From contig JAYZAC010000134.1 of assembly GCA_036339875.1 (NCBI GenBank), positions 1-19,221 of the forward strand: 19,221 bases of DNA, written 5' to 3'. The position numbers and the translations under genes were made by a program. Origin of the DNA: a bacterium. Its GTDB lineage: Bacteria; Muiribacteriota; UBA6191. Of the stretch, positions 1 to 8,076 are shown piece after piece (within the stretch, counting starts at the first letter, position 1; each line of letters starts with the position of its first letter). The notes under the pieces were generated by a model. It was not told where the DNA came from. It saw nothing but the letters and a program-made list of their open reading frames with translations, and ran no database searches.

Positions 1-426
1 AATCATACCAAGTTCTATCAGTAGGCCTTGTTTATGTTTTTTTATTAGAGATTGTTCATTCAAATCTTGGATTCTAGAAAATCCGACCATAAGGTCGAGT
101 AGATGTAATTTCTTTAAGTGACTTATGTGGGTAGCAGAAAGACTTACGTAGGACTTTACGGGAATTGCTAATTGATTTTGAGTTGTCTTTTGATTTTGCG
201 GAACTAGTTCAAATATGACAGGTTCTTGCTTGTTGATATTTATAAGTAGTTCTAATTTTTCTTTGTCGCAATTTAAGTTGAAACCTTTTGAGAGCTGCGG
301 TTTAGCGGAGCAAATTCTTGTCTTCCATGCTTTATAATCACTCGTGGTTGAATTACTTAGTGCGATGGCTAGACTAGAAATAAGAACGACGAATTTAAGT
401 ACTAAATTTTTCCAAAACCTTATCAT
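1..426 (-). CDS. ABC transporter substrate-binding protein, cobalamin/Fe-siderophore (BtuF/TroA-like) type; 3' end runs off the window
   Basis: Absent from the ORF track because there is no stop in the window. Manual translation gives a stop-free 142-codon frame from ATG 426-424, which overlaps the pullulanase TGA (ATGA). It has a signal-peptide-like N-terminus (MIRFWKNLVLKFVVLISSLAIA). The segment IPVKSYVSLSATHISHLKKLHLLDLMVGFS...KQGLLIELG resembles the PV.RIV..S.TH...L..L...D..VG pattern of helical-backbone metal/B12-binding proteins. Confidence 0.7.
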   Translation of the reverse strand, partial: MIRFWKNLVLKFVVLISSLAIALSNSTTSDYKAWKTRICSAKPQLSKGFNLNCDKEKLELLININKQEPVIFELVPQNQKTTQNQLAIPVKSYVSLSATHISHLKKLHLLDLMVGFSRIQDLNEQSLIKKHKQGLLIELGMI

Positions 427-2975
427 GTTTGTTGATTTATCTTCGCAATCATAAGACAGTCTCGACTGGGAATTTCAAGACAATTTGCGTCTAATGCCGG
501 CATGCTACTAATTTTGGTCCAAATCTCAGATCCTCGCTGTAAATACAACCACTTACCTTCTGGACAAGTTGTCTTAAACGTTGTCTCAGAGGAATTGGCG
601 ATAATCAATACTTCCATAAAGCTATCAATGATCCCCTCTGAACGAAGTAAAAACATAGCAACATCTTCTGGTACTGGAGATTCATACCACTTTTGAATCC
701 ATTCTACATTTTTCTCGATTAAACTACGTTCAGACATTCTAAAAATACGATGTTGTAGACGAAGTCGTATCAGTTTTTTATGGAATTCGAAGAGCTTCTT
801 TCGTTTCTTTTTATCTTCCCAATTTATCTGATTGATCTCATCAGACGCATTATAGCTGTTGTGATTATGTTGCTTGCTTCGTCCAAACTCTTGTCCATTG
901 TGAATTAGAGGTATCCCTTGTGACGTGAGTAGTAAAACAGCAGTCACGCGCTCCATTTTTTGTAATTCACGTTCGTTATTTTTTCCAGAGGAGAGCTCCA
1001 GTTTATCTCTAAGTGTGTAATTATCATGACATGCGACATAATTTATAGACTCAACAGGATTATGGGTAAATTCGTGGATTGAGCCAAAAAAGCCGTGTGC
1101 AATCTTGATACGTTCGCCTTTTCCCTGAATAAAGCCTTTACCATCGGCAGAATTATCACCGCGTAGTGCGTCTCGATAATGATCGTTGAATACAGAAAAT
1201 TTGGTCTCTCTCTGACAACCTTTACCCAAAACCGAAACCCCAGCATTGTCTGCGGCCCAAGGTTCTCCATACAGAAGTATATCAGGATTTAATTTGTTTA
1301 ATTCATGATCAATGAGACGAAAAGTATCGTAATCCATTAATCCCATTAAATCGAAGCGAAAGCCGTCTATTCCAAATTCTTGAACCCAATATTTTAGATA
1401 ATCTAGGACAAATTTACGAGCCATTGGAGCTTCTGTTTTAAACTCATTACCACAACCTGATCCATTAAAGTAGTAACCATTATGGGTTCTTCGATAGTAA
1501 TAACCTGGTGCGAGAGCCTGAAAATTTATTGCATCGCTAAGATCTTCGGCAGTGTGGTTAAGAACCACGTCGAGAACCACTTTGAAGCCTTCATTATGTA
1601 AATTGGAAATTAATTGTTTGAATTCAGCAACTACAGCATGACTATCTTCAGCATATCCAGGGTACAGGCTAAAGTAGTGAACCGGCATGTAGCCCCAGTC
1701 ATAAGATCCACTCTCGGGATCAACATCAAAAAAGTGTGTAGGTAAAATTTGAATAGTATTTATTCCTAGTTCCTTTAAGTGATCAAGACCTGTTTTTAAG
1801 GTCTTATATTCCAGATGACGGAGACCTGTAGCTCCTAGACTAGAGTATTTACCTTTAGGGCCCACCCCCCCGTTAGGGTCAGATGAAAAGTCTCTTAGAT
1901 GGACTTCGTAAATGATGGCTTCAGATTTACTGAATTTTGGTGATGGACTAACAATATTTCTATCTTCAAAAATTTTAGCTCGACCGCGACGATTTAAGAC
2001 CAGCTTAGCATAAGGATCAATGGCCTCTCGTTTTTGAGTTTGTCCATAATCTGAACCACTAATTAGGTAATTGTAATATTTACCCATCTTATCTTCTTTG
2101 GTGGTTTTTGCTTCCCATAATCCAGGCTTGACTTCAATCATGGGTATTAAGTCAGAAGGCTCAGTTCCATCATTCATATGACCATTTTCGTTGAAGATCA
2201 TTACACTCACTTCTCTAGCAGTGGGGGCAAAACAGCGAAATGATAGTTGTTCCGACACAACCAGCCCCATTTCTTCTGAGTAGTTAATCTCTTGTTGGAA
2301 TAAGATTCCCCTAGGTTGCAAGCTCGTCTCTTTGAAGCCTTTGACATGAACTTCATATTTACATAATTCTTTATCTTCTATTCCCAGATCTTTTTTCAGA
2401 ATTATTGAAGCTTCCTGCTTGTTTTCGCTCATTTGTATATCTTGAATGGCAACTTTTTGGCCAGTTGGATTTTTAAGCTGAGTAAGCTTCAATATTTTTT
2501 CGGCTATTTCTTCATCAAGCGAGCACGGAAACTGAATTTGAATGGTATTTTTACTATCCAAAAATGCATTCTTTAGTGGTGGCTGAATAGTAGGTTTGGT
2601 AGTTCTCAAGTCAGTTTCACCCTGAATTAGATAAACTCTTTGTCCTTGAGCTTTATTTTTGGAATTATTCAATAATCTATCGGGGCCATCTTTATCCGAC
2701 CAGCCATCACGGTAAGGTAGAATACCGATGTTTCCCAAATTATTCAGAGGTATTCTGTAGCGAGCCCTAAACTTTTTAGGCTCGACTAATTCAGCTTCAA
2801 TTGATTGTCCTGAAGAGCTGGAATCTGCATTCCATATCCAAATTCGCCAGCCACTAAAGTCTGCATCATTTCGGTAGTAATACAGATGAATCTCATCATT
2901 ACCAGGCTCCTCTTCCTCGTTTTTTAGGTACGTCATAAATAATATTAATGTCGCTAAAAAAAGTAAATAATCCAT
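423..2975 (-). CDS. pulA: Type I pullulanase / alpha-1,6 debranching enzyme (GH13) with N-terminal hydrophobic anchor and CBM41-like module
   Basis: 850 aa. YDWGY (variant of YNWGY), LDVVLNH, DGFRFDLMG (nucleophile Asp), LYGEPW (acid/base Glu), YVACHDN, IYEVHLRDFS and NGSGCGNE are present. The N-terminal HLYYYRNDADFSGWRIWIW...WSDKD segment is CBM41-like. Confidence 0.92.
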   Translation of the reverse strand: MDYLLFLATLILFMTYLKNEEEEPGNDEIHLYYYRNDADFSGWRIWIWNADSSSSGQSIEAELVEPKKFRARYRIPLNNLGNIGILPYRDGWSDKDGPDRLLNNSKNKAQGQRVYLIQGETDLRTTKPTIQPPLKNAFLDSKNTIQIQFPCSLDEEIAEKILKLTQLKNPTGQKVAIQDIQMSENKQEASIILKKDLGIEDKELCKYEVHVKGFKETSLQPRGILFQQEINYSEEMGLVVSEQLSFRCFAPTAREVSVMIFNENGHMNDGTEPSDLIPMIEVKPGLWEAKTTKEDKMGKYYNYLISGSDYGQTQKREAIDPYAKLVLNRRGRAKIFEDRNIVSPSPKFSKSEAIIYEVHLRDFSSDPNGGVGPKGKYSSLGATGLRHLEYKTLKTGLDHLKELGINTIQILPTHFFDVDPESGSYDWGYMPVHYFSLYPGYAEDSHAVVAEFKQLISNLHNEGFKVVLDVVLNHTAEDLSDAINFQALAPGYYYRRTHNGYYFNGSGCGNEFKTEAPMARKFVLDYLKYWVQEFGIDGFRFDLMGLMDYDTFRLIDHELNKLNPDILLYGEPWAADNAGVSVLGKGCQRETKFSVFNDHYRDALRGDNSADGKGFIQGKGERIKIAHGFFGSIHEFTHNPVESINYVACHDNYTLRDKLELSSGKNNERELQKMERVTAVLLLTSQGIPLIHNGQEFGRSKQHNHNSYNASDEINQINWEDKKKRKKLFEFHKKLIRLRLQHRIFRMSERSLIEKNVEWIQKWYESPVPEDVAMFLLRSEGIIDSFMEVLIIANSSETTFKTTCPEGKWLYLQRGSEIWTKISSMPALDANCLEIPSRDCLMIAKINQQT

Positions 2976-2983
2976 ACTTCTGA

Positions 2984-5344
2984 CTAGTTTTTAGCAGCCT
3001 TAGATGAAGCTGATTTCTTAGTCGAACTAGTCTTTTTCTTAACAGATTTCTTTTTCTTTTTAGACTTTGGTACCTCTATTCCCGCTGGCATTTGATATAC
3101 CTTGAGTAATTTTTTATCAACACCAACTTCTAGCATTTTAGGAGCATCTAAAGGACGAAGAACTATCATTCCCAATGGAGGTATGGTTAGATCAAGATAA
3201 TGAGGTTGGCCTTGAGTCCAAGCTTCTTGAGCGAATCTTACACCAGGATTTCCTACGTTTGAGCCACCGTAATACTGCGAGTCTGAATTGAGTATTTCTT
3301 CATATCTTCCTGAAAAAGGAACCCCAACTCGATAATTTTCTCTATTTACAGGCGTAAAATTGAATATAAATATTAGCGTGTCTGCAGGATTCTTGGTTTT
3401 TCTTCGATAAGAAATAATTGTATTTTCAGCGTCATGAAAATCGATCCATTCAAAACCTTCTGAGTCACAATCTAGAGCATACATACTCGGGTTTCGGCGA
3501 TAAAGTTGAAGTAGATCACGCATGTAGTGGTTAATGCCATGATGGGGCTTGTAATCTAATAGATGCCAATCAAGACCTTGGTCGTGATTCCATTCAATTT
3601 GCTGACCTATATCTCCCCCCATGAAAAGTAATTTTTTACCAGGCTGAGAGTACATGTAGCCCAGTAGAAGTCTAAGATTAGCAAATTTTTGCCATTCATC
3701 ACCGGGCATCTTATTTAGTAAGGAGCACTTACCATGTACAACTTCATCATGAGACAGAACGAGAATGAAATTTTCGCTCCAAGCATACATCATTCCGAAG
3801 GTTAGCTTATTCATATCGTATTTTCTGTACACTGGATCTTTGGAGAAGAATTCAAGAACATCATTCATCCAGCCCATATTCCACTTTAAATCGAACCCTA
3901 ATCCTCCTAAATGAAGAGGTCTGGAAACTCCAGGCCATGAGGTGGATTCTTCGGCTATCATTAATACGCCAGGATATTTTTCATGAACAATTGAATTAGC
4001 ATGTTTTAGAAATTCAACAGCTTCCAGATTTTCACGACCACCATATTCATTAGGAATCCAACCACCATCTGGTTTGGAGTAATCCAAATAAAGCATGCTG
4101 GCAACCGCATCCATTCTAAAACCATCGATATGATATTTTTCGCACCAGTAGATCAAATTAGAAATTAGAAAGTTTTGCACCTCGGCTCGACCATAATTAT
4201 AGACCAGAGTTCCCCAATCAAGTTGTTCCCCTTTGCGAGGGTCGGCATGCTCAAATAAAGCTGTCCCATCAAAATGACCCAGCCCATGACCATCCTTCGG
4301 AAAATGAGCGGGAACCCAATCAAGAATGACAGAGATACCGCATTGATGAAGATGATCCACAAAAGCCATAAAGTCGTGAGGTGTTCCATGCCTAGAAGTA
4401 GGTGCATAGTAGCCAACTACTTGGTAACCCCAACTACCGTAAAATGGATGCTCACTTACTGGTAAAAGCTCAACATGCGTATATCCCATTTGCTGACAAT
4501 ATTCACCCAGTTTTACTGCAATATCTCGATAATTGAGCATATTGTTATTGTCATCACGTAACCATGAACCCAGATGCACTTCGTACACTGCCATTGGTTC
4601 TTTTAAATGATCCCGCTCTGTACGTTCTTCGATCCATTTCTGATCATTCCATTCGTAACCATCAAGATCATAAACCACACTAGCCGTTTCTGGTGGTAAT
4701 TGCATGTAAGTACCAAACGGGTCAGCCTTCTGAACCACTTGATGATGAGGAGTTTCGAGTTCGAATTTATATAACGAGCCCTGACCTATGCCTGGAATAA
4801 AGAGTTCCCAGATACCTGATTCGCCTAACATACGCATACAGTGAATACTGCCATCCCAGTAGTTGAAATCGCCAACCACGCTTACTCTCAATGCATTCGG
4901 AGCCCAAACGCTGAAATACGTTCCTTGGATTCCTTGAACAGTCATGGGATGTGCTCCCATTTTTTCGAAAGCCCTATAATTCACTCCTTGAAGGAATAAG
5001 TGTCTATCGAACTCGGTAATTACAGGTAAGAAAGAATAAGGATCAATTAGGTCAACTGAAAAGCCTTCTTCATTTTCTATACGCAATTTGTAATCGAAAG
5101 TTTTTTGGCGTTGAGGCATGAGAAGTTCGAATAGACCCTTATCATCAAGGAGTTTCATAGGAAACTCCTTTTCCGTTGAAGTTTCTATAACAGAAACTTT
5201 TTTCGCATCAGGCCTAAAAGCCCTTACTATAACTACTGGTGATTCTGCAGCCTCTTCGATGTGCATACCCAAAATAGAGAATGGATCTCGGTGTGCTCCT
5301 CGTATTACGGCAAGATAGTCAGAGAGTTTTTTTTCTGAAATCAT
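2984..5344 (-). CDS. glgB: 1,4-alpha-glucan branching enzyme (GH13)
   Basis: 786 aa. HRDPFSILGMH, FSVWAPNA, YEVHLGSW, SWGYQ, LDWVPAHF, IDGFRMDAVASMLY, IAEESTSW, KWNMGWMND and LSHDEVVHGK are present. Confidence 0.98.
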   Translation of the reverse strand: MISEKKLSDYLAVIRGAHRDPFSILGMHIEEAAESPVVIVRAFRPDAKKVSVIETSTEKEFPMKLLDDKGLFELLMPQRQKTFDYKLRIENEEGFSVDLIDPYSFLPVITEFDRHLFLQGVNYRAFEKMGAHPMTVQGIQGTYFSVWAPNALRVSVVGDFNYWDGSIHCMRMLGESGIWELFIPGIGQGSLYKFELETPHHQVVQKADPFGTYMQLPPETASVVYDLDGYEWNDQKWIEERTERDHLKEPMAVYEVHLGSWLRDDNNNMLNYRDIAVKLGEYCQQMGYTHVELLPVSEHPFYGSWGYQVVGYYAPTSRHGTPHDFMAFVDHLHQCGISVILDWVPAHFPKDGHGLGHFDGTALFEHADPRKGEQLDWGTLVYNYGRAEVQNFLISNLIYWCEKYHIDGFRMDAVASMLYLDYSKPDGGWIPNEYGGRENLEAVEFLKHANSIVHEKYPGVLMIAEESTSWPGVSRPLHLGGLGFDLKWNMGWMNDVLEFFSKDPVYRKYDMNKLTFGMMYAWSENFILVLSHDEVVHGKCSLLNKMPGDEWQKFANLRLLLGYMYSQPGKKLLFMGGDIGQQIEWNHDQGLDWHLLDYKPHHGINHYMRDLLQLYRRNPSMYALDCDSEGFEWIDFHDAENTIISYRRKTKNPADTLIFIFNFTPVNRENYRVGVPFSGRYEEILNSDSQYYGGSNVGNPGVRFAQEAWTQGQPHYLDLTIPPLGMIVLRPLDAPKMLEVGVDKKLLKVYQMPAGIEVPKSKKKKKSVKKKTSSTKKSASSKAAKN

Positions 5345-5407
5345 ACTAACCCTTTAAAAATATGGATTTTTTGTCAAGACGAAACGTTCGGTTCTAAAGC
5401 TGAAAAG

Positions 5408-5436
5408 TTGTTTTTTACTTGCCGATAAAATACTAT
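5408..5436 (+). promoter_or_regulatory. Candidate sigma70-type promoter for the HD-GYP gene
   Basis: TTGTTT (5408-5413), a 17 bp spacer, then TACTAT (5431-5436). An RBS-like AAGGAA at 5475-5480 precedes GTG 5486. The region is AT-rich, so a chance match is possible. Confidence 0.4.
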
Positions 5437-5485
5437 TGAGGTTATTAAAAGTAAAGTACGGAAACGTACTAGTTAAGGAACCTTT

Positions 5486-7417
5486 GTGACATTAGATACG
5501 CTGCATGTGATTAGTAGTCTTTCAGAAAATGCGATTCCATGCGTTTCTGGGGTAGATTTAGTGTCTCTTGATGAGTATTACAAAAACGCTCAGAAATACC
5601 ATCAATGCCTGATTTTTTTGAGTGCTCACGATGTACCTAATTATCGTAAATTTCTTTCGCAGCATACCGGTGAATTAGAAAATCTTATAGTGAGATTGAT
5701 TGAAAACGAAAATTGTCCGGATGCCTTTGACGAATTAGAAGCATTTGGAACCATGCTGCTTCCGATAAATGAGATTATTTTTAAAAGTATCTTGGAACAG
5801 GCGCGACATCGATTTCAGTCAGACCAAACAATGGAGAATTTGAGATGGAGTCTGGAGCGTGAGTCGCATAAATTACGAGAGCTCAACGAGATTGGACAAT
5901 CTCTTAGTTCGATTTCAGATCCTTTTATTTTAATGAATTTGATTCTCAAGAAAAGTCGAGAACTAACAAATGCCGATGCCGGTAGTATATGTGTTGTTCG
6001 ATACAACAATCGGAACAAACCTGTTGAGTTAATCTTTTCGTATTTTCAAAATGATACCCTTCAACAAAATTTAAAGATGGATCTAGCAATGCCTGTTAGT
6101 AAAAGGAGTTTGGCAGGCTATGTGGGTGTTACAGGGGAATGTTTGAAAATTGCAGATGCATACGAGATTCCATCAGAGTGTGACTATGCTTTCAATCGTA
6201 ATGTAGATAAGTCTACTGGATACAGGACCAAGTCTATGCTCGTTCATCCAATGATAGATAATGAGGCAATGATCCTAGGAGTAGTTCAATTAATCAACAA
6301 AAAAACACCTCGATACAAAGCTACAGCAGAGGGTAATATTAATGTTGACATGATCGAAGAGTTCGGTGATGAGGATGTACAGATTATTTCGTCACTAACT
6401 TCTCAGGCTGCGATTTGTTTAAAGAATACAACCTTAATTCAGGACATACAGAATTTATTTGAAGGTTTTGTAAACGCTTCAGTAACAGCTATAGAACAGC
6501 GAGATCCAACTACCTCAGGTCATTCGTTTAGAGTGGCTATGATGACAGTGGAACTTGCTCGTCGTTGTTCTCAGAAGACTACTGGTAAGTACGCGGATAT
6601 TTATTTTTCAGAGCGAGAATTACAGGAAATCAGATATGCTTCACTATTGCATGATTTCGGTAAGATCGGTGTTCGTGAACAGGTACTTGTTAAGGCTAAA
6701 AAATTGTACCCACACGAGATGGAGATTATTCGAAATCGATTCGAATACATTCTCAAAGATCTCGAGGCGCGTGCTTTACAAAAGAAATTAGAGCTTACTC
6801 ACAAATTGGGATACGACATGGCTTCTGCACATTTCCCTCAACTTGATGCAGAATACAAGTCAGCCATTGAGGAAATCGAGGATATTGTTTACTTCATAAT
6901 CCAGACTAATGAACCAACTGTTCTGGAGGAGGGTAACTTTAAACGCTTACTTGAAATTGCCGAGCGAAGATTTCCGGATCCATATGATCAAATGAAACCT
7001 TTTTTGTTAGAACGTGAAGTTGAGGCTTTATCAATCAGAAAAGGATCAATTACTGCTGAGGAGCGTAAAGAAATTGAATCACACGTGACTCACTCTTTTA
7101 CCTTTTTGTCCAAAATACCATGGACATCTGGTTTAAAACAGATTCCAGCTATAGCCTATGGACATCATGAATGGTTATCAGGTGAAGGCTATCCTAATCA
7201 ACTTACTGAAGATGAAATTTTGTCTCAAAGTAAAATGATGGCAATAGCAGATATTTATGATGCACTCACAGCGGCTGATCGTCCATACAAGAAAGCGATT
7301 CCGATTGAAAAAGCACTGTCAATTTTGAAAATGGAGGTAGACCGTCGTCATTTAGACGAGGAATTAACCCGAATGTTCATTGACGGCAAGGTTTTCAGAG
7401 CGGCAGAAAACTACTGA
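5486..7417 (+). CDS. GAF domain + HD-GYP cyclic dinucleotide phosphodiesterase
   Basis: 643 aa with a GTG start and AAGGAA RBS. GAF: LTNADAGSI, SLAGYV, FNRNVDKSTGYRTKSML, GVVQLINK. HD-GYP: RDPTTSGHSFRV, LHDFGKIG, HHEWLSGEGYP, IADIYDALTAADRPYKKA. Confidence 0.92.
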   Translation: MTLDTLHVISSLSENAIPCVSGVDLVSLDEYYKNAQKYHQCLIFLSAHDVPNYRKFLSQHTGELENLIVRLIENENCPDAFDELEAFGTMLLPINEIIFKSILEQARHRFQSDQTMENLRWSLERESHKLRELNEIGQSLSSISDPFILMNLILKKSRELTNADAGSICVVRYNNRNKPVELIFSYFQNDTLQQNLKMDLAMPVSKRSLAGYVGVTGECLKIADAYEIPSECDYAFNRNVDKSTGYRTKSMLVHPMIDNEAMILGVVQLINKKTPRYKATAEGNINVDMIEEFGDEDVQIISSLTSQAAICLKNTTLIQDIQNLFEGFVNASVTAIEQRDPTTSGHSFRVAMMTVELARRCSQKTTGKYADIYFSERELQEIRYASLLHDFGKIGVREQVLVKAKKLYPHEMEIIRNRFEYILKDLEARALQKKLELTHKLGYDMASAHFPQLDAEYKSAIEEIEDIVYFIIQTNEPTVLEEGNFKRLLEIAERRFPDPYDQMKPFLLEREVEALSIRKGSITAEERKEIESHVTHSFTFLSKIPWTSGLKQIPAIAYGHHEWLSGEGYPNQLTEDEILSQSKMMAIADIYDALTAADRPYKKAIPIEKALSILKMEVDRRHLDEELTRMFIDGKVFRAAENY

Positions 7418-8067
7418 ATTGGATCCACTTTGCTATATAGTAGTCGCAGATAGGTCAACTCTTTCGTGTAGGATATTATGAATTCCTTGTAATTCTTACT
7501 AGCCCTTTGCGGCTCTGATCCCCTGCTAAGTAGGCAATATTCAGCATAAAGTGGTAGCGTTAAGTGATTATTGAGAAATATTAAACTGAGTAGTAAATAT
7601 CCGTTTTGAGCCATCTCTAAAAGAAAACTTCTTTCCCAGTAATCAGTTCCTCGTACTTGATTACTGATCCATTGCCAATGTTTATTATTTAATTTGTCTA
7701 ACCTAGCTTGCTCAAGTCCATTACTTTCAAAAATATCGCTGATTATAGGAAAGAGATCGGCACTCTGCCTCTTACTTAGTTTAGATTGTATCTGTAAATA
7801 ATAATCTTGTTTCAGAAGACTTTTAATCGGGGGACTTGCAGTTTTATTTCGATATGCATCTACAGCATGGCTTATCATCCGAAAAATGACCCCATTTTCT
7901 GGATTGAGTTGCAACTTATTTAGTTCGCAGATTTCTTCATACAGTAAGCGGATTAAAGATGCGTTAGGAGTATAGATAACATGTTGCTGCATACTGGTAA
8001 TTGGCTCACCGTCCAACAATCCATAATAACCTTGCTGATTATACTCAATTAATAATTTTGACTGCAT
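7411..8067 (-). CDS. Hypothetical protein, probable divergent ATP12 (F1-ATPase assembly chaperone)-like fold
   Basis: 218 aa. LLDGEPITS...TPNASLIRLLYEEI...IFRMISHAVD...LLKQDYY...KRQSADLFPII parallels the ATP12 pattern LDGRP.KTP...VP...LA.AIA.EW...MPLTRLA.TAID...TD.LCY...RQ...W.PIL. Compared by eye only. Confidence 0.55.
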   Translation of the reverse strand: MQSKLLIEYNQQGYYGLLDGEPITSMQQHVIYTPNASLIRLLYEEICELNKLQLNPENGVIFRMISHAVDAYRNKTASPPIKSLLKQDYYLQIQSKLSKRQSADLFPIISDIFESNGLEQARLDKLNNKHWQWISNQVRGTDYWERSFLLEMAQNGYLLLSLIFLNNHLTLPLYAEYCLLSRGSEPQRASKNYKEFIISYTKELTYLRLLYSKVDPIQ

Positions 8068-8076
8068 TTTTCTAAT

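Noticed and set aside
5372..5377. Perfect TTGACA on the minus strand upstream of glgB
   Set aside because: There is no acceptable -10 hexamer at 16-18 bp spacing (AAGGGT at 17 bp), so it is not called as a promoter.
5440..5500. c-di-GMP-I (GEMM) riboswitch upstream of the HD-GYP gene
   Set aside because: Only a GAAA-capped stem is present. The following GACGCAAAGC-like junction and second stem with tetraloop receptor are not visible, and the start codon is 15 nt away.
502..6791. Short ORFs 502-696, 1043-1270, 4165-4416, 4274-4465, 5118-5318, 5815-6018 and 6555-6791
   Set aside because: All lie wholly inside well-supported genes in alternate or antisense frames and show no recognisable motifs, so they are shadow ORFs.
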